Source of the DNA: Microvirga sp.
Lineage (GTDB): Bacteria; Pseudomonadota; Alphaproteobacteria; Rhizobiales; Beijerinckiaceae
Direction of reading: 5' to 3'
NCBI GenBank assembly: GCA_036263675.1
Contig: DATAGO010000053.1
Coordinates: 48,902 to 112,901, forward strand
Length of the DNA stretch: 64,000 bases
Each line of letters opens with the position of its first letter. The first letter of the stretch is position 1. The notes under the pieces are model-generated. The model had not been told where the DNA came from. It did not search any database and worked only from the letters and a program-made list of their open reading frames with translations. A program made the translations under genes and the position numbers. Of this stretch, positions 39,561 through 48,231 are shown piece after piece.

Positions 39561-41108
39561 ATGAACGGAGCCGAGAGCCTCGTCCGCACCCTCGCCGCCG
39601 GCGGCGTCGAGGTCTGCTTCGCCAATCCGGGCACCTCGGAGATGCACTTCGTCGCCGCGCTCGACCGGGTCGCGGGCGTGCGGAGCGTGCTCTGCCTGTT
39701 CGAGGGCGTCGTGACGGGCGCCGCCGACGGCTATGCCCGCATGGCCGAGAAGCCGGCCGCGACGCTGCTCCACCTCGGGCCCGGCCTCTCGAACGGGCTC
39801 GCGAACCTGCACAACGCGCGGCGCGCGCGCTCCGCCATGGTCAACATCGTGGGCGAGCATGCGACCTTCCATCGAAAGTTCGATGCGCCGCTCACCGCCG
39901 ACATCGAGGCGCTGGCCGGCCAGTACTCGGCCTGGATGCGCACCTCGACGGATTCGCGCACGGTCGCGCAGGACGGAGCCGAGGCCGTCGCGGCCGCGCT
40001 CTCGCCCCCCGGCCGGATCGCGACGCTGATCCTCCCCGCCGACACCGCCTGGGGCGAGGGCGGCCCGATCGCGCCGCTCCCGCCCGTGCCGACCCGGAGC
40101 CCCGTCGACGAGGAGCGCGTCCGCGCGGCCGCTGCGGCCCTGCGCGGCGGCGCCCGCACCCTGCTCCTCCTCGGCGACCGGGCGGTGCGGGCCGAGGGCC
40201 TCCTGCTCGCGGCGCGGATCGCCGCCAAGACCGGGGCGCGTTACCTCGCGCAGACCTCGAACACCCGCATGGCGCGCGGCGCCGGCCGCCCGCCGATCGA
40301 GCGGGTGCCCTACCCGGTCGACGCGGCCCTCAAGGCGCTCGCCGACTACGAGCACATCGTCCTCGTCGGCGCGACGGCGCCGGTGGCGTTCTTCGGCTAT
40401 CCCGGCAAGCCGAGCGAGCTCGCCGCGCCCGGCTCCACCATCCTGACGCTCGCCGAACCGCACGAGGACTTGATCGACGCGCTCGGGCGCCTCGCCGATG
40501 CGGTCGCGGCGCCGCAGCGGGTGAGCCTGCCGTCGGCCGCCCGCGCGGCGATGCCGCCCGACGGGCCGCTCACGCCGGCGAGCATCGCGGCGGTGCTCGG
40601 CGCGCTGATCCCGGAGCAGGCCATCGTCTGCGACGAGTCGGTCTCGACCGGGCGCGCCTTCTTCGGCCAGACGCACGGGGCCGAGCCGCACGACTGGCTC
40701 CAGCTCACCGGCGGCTCGATCGGCCTCGGCATCCCGATGGCGGTCGGCGCGGCCGTCGCCTGCCCGGACCGCAAGGTCGTCGCGCTCCAGGCCGACGGCA
40801 GCGGGCTCTACACCGTCCAGGGCCTCTGGACCCAGGCGCGCGAGAAGCTCTCCGTGCTGACCTGCATCTGGGCGAACCGCTCCTACGCGATCCTGCGCGG
40901 GGAGCTCGCGGCCGTCGGCGCCCTCAATCCCGGCCCGACCGCCCTCGACATGCTGAGCCTCGATCATCCCGCGATCGACTGGGTGGCCGTGGCGCGCGGC
41001 TTCGGGGTCGAGGCGCGGCGCGTCTCGACGGTGCGCGAGTTCGCGGACGCGTTCCGGGACGGCCTGAAGCCCGGACCCTACCTGATCGAGGTGGTCGTCG
41101 ACGCGTGA
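39561..41108 (+). CDS. thiamine diphosphate-dependent enzyme (acetolactate synthase large subunit-like)
   Basis: Start at ATG 39561 (MNGAESLVRTLAAGGVEVCFANPGTSEMHF, which includes the catalytic Glu). The C-terminal ThDP-binding region is GGSIGLGIPMAVGAAVACPDRKVVALQADGSGLYTVQGLWT...N. Confidence 0.85.
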   Translation: MNGAESLVRTLAAGGVEVCFANPGTSEMHFVAALDRVAGVRSVLCLFEGVVTGAADGYARMAEKPAATLLHLGPGLSNGLANLHNARRARSAMVNIVGEHATFHRKFDAPLTADIEALAGQYSAWMRTSTDSRTVAQDGAEAVAAALSPPGRIATLILPADTAWGEGGPIAPLPPVPTRSPVDEERVRAAAAALRGGARTLLLLGDRAVRAEGLLLAARIAAKTGARYLAQTSNTRMARGAGRPPIERVPYPVDAALKALADYEHIVLVGATAPVAFFGYPGKPSELAAPGSTILTLAEPHEDLIDALGRLADAVAAPQRVSLPSAARAAMPPDGPLTPASIAAVLGALIPEQAIVCDESVSTGRAFFGQTHGAEPHDWLQLTGGSIGLGIPMAVGAAVACPDRKVVALQADGSGLYTVQGLWTQAREKLSVLTCIWANRSYAILRGELAAVGALNPGPTALDMLSLDHPAIDWVAVARGFGVEARRVSTVREFADAFRDGLKPGPYLIEVVVDA

Positions 41109-41200
41109 CGGCGCTCCCCTCCCCGGGGCGCCCGGCGGTTGCATACCCCGGCGGCAGGGGTACTCTCGTGGACAAAAGACCGTCAGGAGAGGAACACGCC

Positions 41201-42208
41201 ATGTCCGGAGAAGCACCGTCTCTCACCCGCCGCGCCCTGCTCGGCGCCGCGGCCGCGGGCGCCGCGACGGCGGCGCTGCCGGCGCGGGCCCAGGCGCCGG
41301 CCGGGGCCTGGCCGACGCGCACGGTCCGCCTGATCGTGCCCTATCCGGCCGGCGGATCCACCGACGTGCTCGCGCGGATCATCGCGGAGCGTCTCGAGAA
41401 GAAGCTCGGGCAGCCCTGGGTCATCGACAACCGGCCCGGCGCCGGCGGCAACATCGGCATCGACGGCGTGGTCCGGAGCGAGCCCGACGGCTACACGGTC
41501 GGGGCCGCCACGGTGGGGCATTTCTCGATCAACCAGTATCTCTACCGGCGCATGGCCTACGACGCCGAGCGCGACATCGTCCCGGTGTCGCTCGCCTGGG
41601 AGCTCCCCAACGTGGCGGTCGTGCCGAGCCAGCACGTCCCGGCCAAGACCCTGCAGGAGTTCATCGCCTGGGCCAAGACGCGGCCCGACGGCGTGCTGTT
41701 CGGCAGCCCGGGCGTCGGCACCACGCCGCACCTGTGCGGCACCCTGCTCGGCACCCGCACGGGCTTCAAGGCGACGCACGTGCCCTTCCGGGGCGCGTCG
41801 GCGACCATCCCGGCGATGCTGTCCGGCAACGTCACCTACGCGATCGACAACCTCGCCTCCTACATGGGCGTGATCGCCTCGGGCGACATGCGGGCGCTCG
41901 CCGTGACCTCGGAGAAGCGCTGGCCGACCCTGCCCGACGTGCCCACCATGGCCGAGGCCGGCCTGCCCGACTTCGTGGTCACGTCCTGGGGCGCGTTCGT
42001 GGTGCCCAAGAACACGCCGCAGGCCATCGTCGACAAGCTCTCGGCCGAGATGCGCGAGATCGCCGCCGACCCCTCCGTCCAATCCCGCTTCCAGACCGCC
42101 GGCGCCAGCCTGATCGCGAGCACGCCCGCGGAAGCGTTGGCGCGCGCCGCGCGCGAGCGGCCGATCTGGCAGGAGATGGTCCGCGTCTCGGGCGCGCAGC
42201 TCGATTGA
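41201..42208 (+). CDS. tripartite tricarboxylate transporter substrate-binding protein (Bug/TctC family)
   Basis: ATG 41201 follows AGGAGAGG. Tat-like leader SLTRRALLGAAAAGAATAALPARA. The Bug signature is WPTRTVRLIVPYPAGGSTDVLARI. Confidence 0.85.
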   Translation: MSGEAPSLTRRALLGAAAAGAATAALPARAQAPAGAWPTRTVRLIVPYPAGGSTDVLARIIAERLEKKLGQPWVIDNRPGAGGNIGIDGVVRSEPDGYTVGAATVGHFSINQYLYRRMAYDAERDIVPVSLAWELPNVAVVPSQHVPAKTLQEFIAWAKTRPDGVLFGSPGVGTTPHLCGTLLGTRTGFKATHVPFRGASATIPAMLSGNVTYAIDNLASYMGVIASGDMRALAVTSEKRWPTLPDVPTMAEAGLPDFVVTSWGAFVVPKNTPQAIVDKLSAEMREIAADPSVQSRFQTAGASLIASTPAEALARAARERPIWQEMVRVSGAQLD

Positions 42209-42999
42209 CCGGGCGGCTGCGCGCCGGCCGCGGGCCGGCTCTCGTCTTCGGCGCCGTCCTGCTGCTGTGCGCCCCGGCGCTCGGCCAGGAGTCGGCGCTC
42301 GACCCGGCGGCGTTCGACCCCGCGGCCTGGCCGCTCTCGTCGGTCGGCCGGGTCAACGTCATCACGGGCGCGAACCGCCGGACGCAATGCACGGGCGCCC
42401 TGATCGGCCCGCGCCACGTGCTCACCGCCGCGCATTGCCTCTACAACGCCACGCGCCAGATGTGGGTGCATCCCACATCGGTGCACTTCGTGGCGGGCTA
42501 TGCCCGCGGCGCCTACAGGGCCCACGCGCAGGCCGCATCCTACGAGCGCGGCCCCGGCTTCGTCCTGACCGACCCGCCCCGGCTCGACGCCATCGCGGAG
42601 GACTGGGCCATCATCCGGCTCGCGGATGCGATGGACCTCAAGCCGATCCCGGTGAGGCGGGAGAGCCCTGAAGCGGGATCGCCCCCGGTGCTGCGGGCCG
42701 GCTACCGGGGCGACCGCGCCCACGTGCTCACCGTCCATCGCGACTGTGCCGCCGCCTTCGTCGCGGCAGCGGGGGCGCCGCTGCTGCGCACGTGCAGTTC
42801 CGTGAAGGGCGAGTCCGGCTCGGCGCTGCTCGATGTGGGAACCGGCGAGCCGGAAATCGTCGGCGTCCTGTCGGCGAGCGCCCCGCACGACGGGACCGGG
42901 GCTTCGCTCGCCGTGCCGTCGAGCACGTTCGCGGCGGCCGTCGCGCGGGCGCTCGATCGGCCGGATGCGACCACCGTACGAGAGCGGACGCCGGAATAG
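42205..42999 (+). CDS. secreted trypsin-like serine peptidase (S1 family, Glu-endopeptidase-like)
   Basis: The catalytic His is in LTAAHC and the catalytic Ser in KGESGSAL, after a signal peptide (ALVFGAVLLLCAPALG). The start is uncertain. TTG at 42205 overlaps the upstream stop (TTGA). Confidence 0.65.
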   Translation: MTGRLRAGRGPALVFGAVLLLCAPALGQESALDPAAFDPAAWPLSSVGRVNVITGANRRTQCTGALIGPRHVLTAAHCLYNATRQMWVHPTSVHFVAGYARGAYRAHAQAASYERGPGFVLTDPPRLDAIAEDWAIIRLADAMDLKPIPVRRESPEAGSPPVLRAGYRGDRAHVLTVHRDCAAAFVAAAGAPLLRTCSSVKGESGSALLDVGTGEPEIVGVLSASAPHDGTGASLAVPSSTFAAAVARALDRPDATTVRERTPE

Positions 43000-43052
43000 C
43001 GCAGAGCGCCGACGATGCTCCGAGCGCATCGGAATTCACGAGGAGACGCAGC

Positions 43053-44009
43053 ATGACGGACGGCCGCGACGAGGATTTCGGCTTTGCCCCGGCCGAGGAC
43101 GTGCCGATCCCCTACCGGCAGCGCGTCCGCACCTATTACGAGGCGCTCGGCTATCACCCGCCCTACGAATGGGCCCATTACGCCGAGGTGCCGTTCCAGC
43201 CGCTGAACAAGCCCCTGAGCCGCTGCCGGGTCGCGCTGATCACCACGGCGGCGCCCTACCGGCCCGACAAGGGCGATCAGGGGCCGGGCGCCCCCTACAA
43301 CGCGGCCGCCAAGTTCTACCAGGTCTATTCCGGCGACACCGCCCGGGAGCACGACCTGCGCATCGCCCACGTCGCTATCGACCGCCAGCACACCACGGCC
43401 GGCGACCAGGGCACTTACTTTCCCCTCCGGGCGCTCCGCGACGCCGCCGCGTGCGGCCGCATCGGCGCGCTGGCGCCGCGCTTCCACGGCGCGCCGACGA
43501 ACCGCAGCCACCGGGTGACGCTGACGGTGGACGGCCCGGAGATCGTCGCCCGCTGCAAGGCCGACGGGGCCTACGCGGCGGTGCTGGTTCCGAACTGCCC
43601 GATCTGCCACCAGACCGTCGCGCTTGTCGCGCGCCTGCTCGAGGCGGCGGGCATCGCCACCGTGGTCGCGGGCTGCGCCAAGGACATCGTCGAGTACGTG
43701 GGCGTGCCCCGCTTCCTGTTCTCCGATTTCCCGCTCGGCAACGGGGCCGGCAAGCCCGGCGACCCGGACTCGCAGGCCTTCACGCTCGACCTCGCGCTTC
43801 GCCTCCTCGAGGCGGCGCCGGCGCCGCGGACGACCGTGCAGTCGCCGCTGGTCTGGAGCCGCGATCCGGCCTGGAAGCGCGATTACTGCAACGTCGATCG
43901 GATTCCGGCCGAGGAGATCCAGCGGCGGCGGGCCGAGTTCGACCGCCAGAAGAGCATCGCGAAGGCGCGCCGCGACGAGGAGATCGGCGCCGCTCCCGAA
44001 GCGCGCTGA
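43053..44009 (+). CDS. glycine/sarcosine/betaine/D-proline reductase component B-like protein (GRDB family, non-selenoprotein form)
   Basis: ATG 43053 follows GAGGAG. 318 aa. The pattern ALITTAAPY...DLRIAHVAIDR...APTNRSH...VLVPNCPICHQT...SDFPLGNGAGKPGD resembles the GrdB/PrdB-like family as I remember it. Confidence 0.5.
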   Translation: MTDGRDEDFGFAPAEDVPIPYRQRVRTYYEALGYHPPYEWAHYAEVPFQPLNKPLSRCRVALITTAAPYRPDKGDQGPGAPYNAAAKFYQVYSGDTAREHDLRIAHVAIDRQHTTAGDQGTYFPLRALRDAAACGRIGALAPRFHGAPTNRSHRVTLTVDGPEIVARCKADGAYAAVLVPNCPICHQTVALVARLLEAAGIATVVAGCAKDIVEYVGVPRFLFSDFPLGNGAGKPGDPDSQAFTLDLALRLLEAAPAPRTTVQSPLVWSRDPAWKRDYCNVDRIPAEEIQRRRAEFDRQKSIAKARRDEEIGAAPEAR

Positions 44010-44062
44010 ACTCCGCGCACCCCGGGGTTGCCCGCCGCCGCCCGTTCCGGACGGGCCGCGGT

Positions 44063-44596
44063 TCAGTCGAGCGGCGCGGGCGCCAGGATGCGCCGCGTCG
44101 TCTCGACCCGGCGCTCCTCGATGATCACCGGCGGCGCCGGGATCCGGGGCCGCACTGCGACGACCTCGTGCCGCCAGGCGGGAGCGGGCGCGTAGACCGG
44201 CTCCGATTTGTACACCGGGTAGCGCGGGCCGTAAGCGCGCGGCGGGACGGTCCCGGTCGTGACCACGACATCGACCGGAGGGCGCCGCACCGGCGGCGGC
44301 ACGATCACGCGGCGCACCGTGACGTCCCTTTCGAACGCGTCGTCGTCATAGGCGGGACGCGTGGTCACGACCCGCCGCGTGGTGGTCACCACGGTTTCCA
44401 CCGCGCCGGGCCGGTAATCCGGGATCGGGCGCGGCGGCACGGGGGCGGCGTATTCGTACGCGTCCTCGTCGTCATCGTCGTCGAGGGGGGCGGCGTAACG
44501 ACTGCCGTAGCCCTGCGCCAGGGCCGCCGACGAGGCGCCGAGCGCCAGGATTCCGAACGCGAACAGGGTCACGAGACGGGAACGGACGGGGAGCAT
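44063..44596 (-). CDS. secreted proline-rich hypothetical protein
   Basis: Signal peptide MLPVRSRLVTLFAFGILALGASSAALA. An acidic run DDDDDED and Pro/Val/Thr-rich repeats (VVTTTRRVVTTRP, VDVVVTTGTVPP) follow. GC3 bias is good. Confidence 0.5.
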   Translation of the reverse strand: MLPVRSRLVTLFAFGILALGASSAALAQGYGSRYAAPLDDDDDEDAYEYAAPVPPRPIPDYRPGAVETVVTTTRRVVTTRPAYDDDAFERDVTVRRVIVPPPVRRPPVDVVVTTGTVPPRAYGPRYPVYKSEPVYAPAPAWRHEVVAVRPRIPAPPVIIEERRVETTRRILAPAPLD

Positions 44597-44875
44597 GGTT
44601 GCCTCGCTCTGGCGGGGAGCGGCCGCGGCCGCCCCGTTTCTCCGCGTGGTTAACGCTCAGCTAACGGCGAAGTTCGGTCGGTGCGCAGAGGCCGGTGTGC
44701 ATAACGCACGCCCGGCGGCCAGTTTCGGTCCCGGCGCACCCGTGCCCGAACGCACACGGCTGGCACGCCGGTGGATCGCGTGCGCCTTTCGCGCGTTCCT
44801 TAATCGTCAGGAGAACAGCTTCGGTCCCTCGGGCGGGCAAGGCCCCGGGAGCGGAATCGGGATTGGGAGAGTCGC

Positions 44876-45538
44876 GTGGAGAGACCCAGCCGGGGACGCT
44901 TCGAGTTCGACCGGGCGGAAGTCTGGGCCGACGGCATCATCCACGGGCTCGGCGTGCTGTTCGCGCTCGCGGCCGTCGGGATCCTCGTCGCCGCGACGGT
45001 GCCGGCGCGGGAATCCTCCGAACTGGTCCCGATCCTCGTCTACGGCATCGCGCTCGTCACGGTGCTGGTGATCTCCGCGATCTACAACATGTGGCCGGTC
45101 TCGCCGGTGAAATGGTTCCTCCGCCGCTTCGACCACGCCGCGATCTACGTGCTGATCGCGGCCACCTACACGCCGTTCCTGACCCGCCTGAGCGACGACA
45201 TGCTCACCCTCGTGATGCTCGGCCTCGTCTGGATCGCGTCGCTCGTCGGAATCGTCCTCAAGATCGCCCTGCCGGGGCGCTTCGACCGGCTTTCGATCGG
45301 CCTCTATCTGCTGATCGGCTGGAGCGGCGTGGTCCTGTGGGACCGCATCCTCCTCCTGCCGAGCACGTCCCTGTGGCTGCTCGCCGCCGGCGGCCTGCTC
45401 TACACGATCGGCGTGATCTTCTACGTCTGGGAGAACCTGCGCTTCCAGACCGCGATCTGGCACGCCTTCGTGCTGGTCGCGGCGGTCTGCCATTACGGCG
45501 CCGTGTTCCACACGGCCGTCCTCGCGCCGGGCGCCTGA
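44876..45538 (+). CDS. hemolysin III / PAQR family membrane protein
   Basis: GTG start, 220 aa, 7 TM helices. EVWADGIIHGLG, RRFDHAAIYVLIAATYTPF and FHTAV are typical of the HlyIII family. Confidence 0.8.
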   Translation: MERPSRGRFEFDRAEVWADGIIHGLGVLFALAAVGILVAATVPARESSELVPILVYGIALVTVLVISAIYNMWPVSPVKWFLRRFDHAAIYVLIAATYTPFLTRLSDDMLTLVMLGLVWIASLVGIVLKIALPGRFDRLSIGLYLLIGWSGVVLWDRILLLPSTSLWLLAAGGLLYTIGVIFYVWENLRFQTAIWHAFVLVAAVCHYGAVFHTAVLAPGA

Positions 45539-45583
45539 CGGACGCCCGCGTCCGCGCATTGAAAGGCCGGCACGGGCGGATCT

Positions 45584-46714
45584 ATGCTCCCGAAGGGGCG
45601 CGACCGGATCGGCGTGCCCCCTGCCGACCCCCGGTCCCGCACCCGCCGAAGACGGGCTCCCTCCGTGACGCAAACCCCGGCCATCCCGCCCTCCCCCGTC
45701 CGCAGCCTGGGGCTCCGGGTCGGCGACCTGCCGAGCGGGCCGCGCAACACCCTCGCCGACGTCGCGGGCGTGACGGTCGGCCACCGCACGCTCGCGACGG
45801 GCGCGCTGCGCACCGGCGTCACCGCCATCATGCCTGCGCCCGGCAACCTGTTCCGCGAGAAGGTGCCGGCGGCCTGTCACGTCATCAACGGCTTCGGCAA
45901 GAGCGTCGGCCTCATGCAGGTCGAGGAACTCGGGACGCTGGAGACGCCGATCCTGCTCAGCAACACCTTCGCGGTCGGCACCTGCGCCAACGCCCTGATC
46001 CGCCGGGCGATCGCCGAGAACCCGGAGATCGGGCGCCGGACCTCGACCGTGAATCCGGTCGTGTGCGAGTGCAACGACGGTTACCTCAGCGACATCCAGG
46101 CCATGGCGGTGAGCGAGGCGGACGCGCTCGCCGCGCTCGACGCCGCCGAGGTGAGCTTCGCGCGCGGTTCCGTCGGCGCCGGCACGGGCATGAGCGCCTT
46201 CGGATTCAAGGGCGGGATCGGCACGGCGTCGCGCGCCTTGAGCTTCGGAGGGGCCGCGTATCACGTGGGCGGGCTCGTGCTGGCGAATTTCGGCCGCGCC
46301 GGCGACCTCGTTCTCCCGGACGGCCGGCGCGTTGCGCCGCCATCGGCCGCGGCCGCGCCGGAGCGCGGCTCGGTGATCGTGGTGATCGGAACCGATATCC
46401 CGCTCGACCATCGCCAGCTCACGCGGGTCATCCGCCGCAGCGGCGTCGGGCTGGCGCGGCTCGGCGCGTTTTGGGGCCACGGCAGCGGCGACCTGGCGCT
46501 CGGCTTCACCACGGCGGCGCGCATCCGCCACGACGGCGGAGGCGACTTCCAGGACCTGCGCATGCTCGCCGAGCGCCACATCGACCGGCTTTTCCAGGCC
46601 GTCGCCGAGGTCACGCAGGAAGCGGTGCTCGATGCCCTTCTGACCGCCGATTCCATGACGGGGCGGGACGGCCACGAGCGCCCGTCGCTGCGGGAGGTCC
46701 TGGCGAACGCGTGA
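45584..46714 (+). CDS. P1/S58 family peptidase (DmpA / L-aminopeptidase D-Ala-esterase-like)
   Basis: Motifs NTLADVAGVTVGH, TGVTAIMP, ECNDGYLSDI and GSVGAGTGMSAFGFKGGIGTASR. The start is uncertain. ATG 45584 comes from the track, and GTG 45665 is also possible. Confidence 0.8.
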   Translation: MLPKGRDRIGVPPADPRSRTRRRRAPSVTQTPAIPPSPVRSLGLRVGDLPSGPRNTLADVAGVTVGHRTLATGALRTGVTAIMPAPGNLFREKVPAACHVINGFGKSVGLMQVEELGTLETPILLSNTFAVGTCANALIRRAIAENPEIGRRTSTVNPVVCECNDGYLSDIQAMAVSEADALAALDAAEVSFARGSVGAGTGMSAFGFKGGIGTASRALSFGGAAYHVGGLVLANFGRAGDLVLPDGRRVAPPSAAAAPERGSVIVVIGTDIPLDHRQLTRVIRRSGVGLARLGAFWGHGSGDLALGFTTAARIRHDGGGDFQDLRMLAERHIDRLFQAVAEVTQEAVLDALLTADSMTGRDGHERPSLREVLANA

Positions 46715-46749
46715 GGCCCGGGGCGCGGACCGCCGCTCCGATCAAGCGC

Positions 46750-46790
46750 GAAAAGAAAACGGGGCCGGCGCCTCGTCGGCGCTCGACCCC
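46750..46790 (-). terminator. intrinsic terminator (minus strand)
   Basis: Minus-strand RNA reads GGGGUCGAGCGCC-GACGA-GGCGCCGGCCCC, followed by GUUUUCUUUUC. The stem is 12 bp with one bulged A and a G-U pair, and it is more stable on the minus strand. Confidence 0.55.
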
Positions 46791-47000
46791 GCTACTCCAC
46801 GCATTATCGACTGGTGATCGGTAATGAACAGACCGGATGCGCCCTGCCTCAGCCCCCATCGGAGGGCGCCGTTCCGATCTGCGCGGGCCTGTAGCAGGCG
46901 TTTTCCTGCCACGCTGATTAGACTTTCGGGTCGTCCGCCGTCAGGCTCGACGCTGTCCGCCGCCCCGCATCGATCGGGCTCGCGCCGTTCGGGCGAGCGC

Positions 47001-47162
47001 TCAGTTCAGCCCGTGCAGGTGCATCTTGGCGTCCCACATCTTCGCATGCTTGCGACGATTCCACCGCAGGCCCGCATAGAACCCGGCCCCGAACACGGCT
47101 GCGGCGAGGCCGAGGATGACGATGCTGTCTTGAACGATGAGGGGGACGGCGATCAGCGGCAC
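47001..47162 (-). CDS. small membrane peptide (53 aa), family member 1
   Basis: Not in the ORF track. GTG at 47162 is preceded by GAAGGA. It reads VPLIAVPLIVQDSIVILGLAAAVFGAGFYAGLRWNRRKHAKMWDAKMHLHGLN. Third positions are GC-rich. An in-frame TAG lies two codons upstream of the GTG start. Confidence 0.45.
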   Translation of the reverse strand: MPLIAVPLIVQDSIVILGLAAAVFGAGFYAGLRWNRRKHAKMWDAKMHLHGLN

Positions 47163-47311
47163 GGGCTATCCTTCGTGGATCCGACTGACCACAGGTCACC
47201 TTAGGTCATCGCGGCACGGATCGGCGGGAAATCTCCCGCGGCATATGCGCGATGCGGTGCGGGACGGCCGGCGATCGGAAGCTGAGGCGCCGCGTCGGGC
47301 TCAGCGCCGCA

Positions 47312-47344
47312 CCAAAAGGAAAGCCCCGCCGAGGCAGGCGGAGC
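47312..47344 (-). terminator. intrinsic terminator (minus strand), family T
   Basis: Plus strand reads CCAAAAGGAAA-GCCCCGCC-GAGGCA-GGCGGAGC. On the minus strand this is a hairpin with one mismatch, followed by UUUCCUUUUGG. Confidence 0.5.
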
Positions 47345-47501
47345 CCGGTCGGGATCGTGGGATCCGAGCCGAGGTCCGTGGACGATGGCCGAGGTCTCGA
47401 ACTCGGCTGCGGCTGTAGCGCCCGTCCTTGCAACGTCAGGCAATCGTCTGCGACGGATGGGCCAACCGCAGGTTCCAGGCGCAGCGGTGCCGCGGGGCGG
47501 G

Positions 47502-47675
47502 CTATGGAAGCACCGCGCCCGGCCGGCGCACGAAGGTTTCGCTGCCGCGTGCCCCATAGCCGTAGCGGCGTGCGGCCTCGCGATGGCGGCGTCGGGAGAT
47601 GCAGTCACGAACGATGTAACCGGCGCCGAAACCTGCGGCGACGAACGGAGTCGAGACGACGAGGAGTTCGAGCAT
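47502..47675 (-). CDS. small membrane peptide (57 aa), family member 2
   Basis: This is the internal ATG of track ORF 47502-48029, preceded by AAGGGAA. It reads MLELLVVSTPFVAAGFGAGYIVRDCISRRRHREAARRYGYGARGSETFVRRPGAVLP and is paralogous to the 48106-48231 peptide. Confidence 0.5.
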   Translation of the reverse strand: MLELLVVSTPFVAAGFGAGYIVRDCISRRRHREAARRYGYGARGSETFVRRPGAVLP

Positions 47676-48025
47676 CGGTCGTTCCCTTTTCCTCGGCGGT
47701 TGGACGGGAAGAGTCGGTGACCATGGGAGTTTCACAGGAAACACCTGGGGATCAATGCATGGCGACAGCCTAGGTCGTCGGGGATTCCGTCGCGTCACGG
47801 TCCGGCGCCGCATGCTGACGAAAAGGTGTGCCGCGACCGCGGGCGGTTCGGGAGGAACGGGCCTCCTCCCGGAGGCGCTCCGGCCGGGCGGTTCATGGTT
47901 CGACAGGACGAACCATCCCTGCCCGGCCGACCGGCCGATGCGGCAGGACGATCCGCGGCGAAGGACGGCCCTGCGGTGCTCCCGGCGCGGCCCGCCGGTC
48001 ACGCCCGACAGGGCGCTTGCATCAG

Positions 48026-48059
48026 CCAAACAAAAGCCCCGCCCGGCGAGGGCGGGGCT
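48026..48059 (-). terminator. intrinsic terminator (minus strand), family T
   Basis: Plus strand reads CCAAACAAAA-GCCCCGCCC-GGCGA-GGGCGGGGC. On the minus strand this is a perfect 9-bp GC stem followed by UUUUGUUUGG, 47 nt after the stop of the 48106-48231 ORF. Confidence 0.65.
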
Positions 48060-48105
48060 GGAGGTCGTCTCTCGCCGTTGGGGGCCGGGAGAGACTGCCG
48101 TCCGG

Positions 48106-48231
48106 TCAGATGTAGCCGAACCGGTTGGGCGCGGCGCGGCGCCGGCGCTGGGCCATCCGGTCGCGGACGAGAGAGGAGCCCGTGAAACCGGTGGCGAAGA
48201 TCATCAGGACGAGAGACACGAGAGCGAGCAT
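48106..48231 (-). CDS. small membrane peptide (41 aa), family member 3
   Basis: This is the internal ATG of track ORF 48106-48309, preceded by a strong SD (GGGGAGGA, 5 nt spacing). It reads MLALVSLVLMIFATGFTGSSLVRDRMAQRRRRAAPNRFGYI. GC3 is high, and a hairpin plus terminator lie downstream. Confidence 0.55.
   Translation of the reverse strand: MLALVSLVLMIFATGFTGSSLVRDRMAQRRRRAAPNRFGYI

Noticed and set aside
44761-44776. Sigma54-like TGGCAC upstream of the hemolysin III gene
   Set aside because: The -12 element is TGGA rather than TTGC/TGCA, and no enhancer-binding protein is nearby. It is probably a chance match.
46715-46950. Searched the left border of the putative island for a direct repeat of the tRNA-Ala 3' half (TGGTGGAGCCAGGCGGAATCGAACC)
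   Set aside because: No match longer than a few nucleotides was visible by eye, so no att site is claimed. A computational search is needed.
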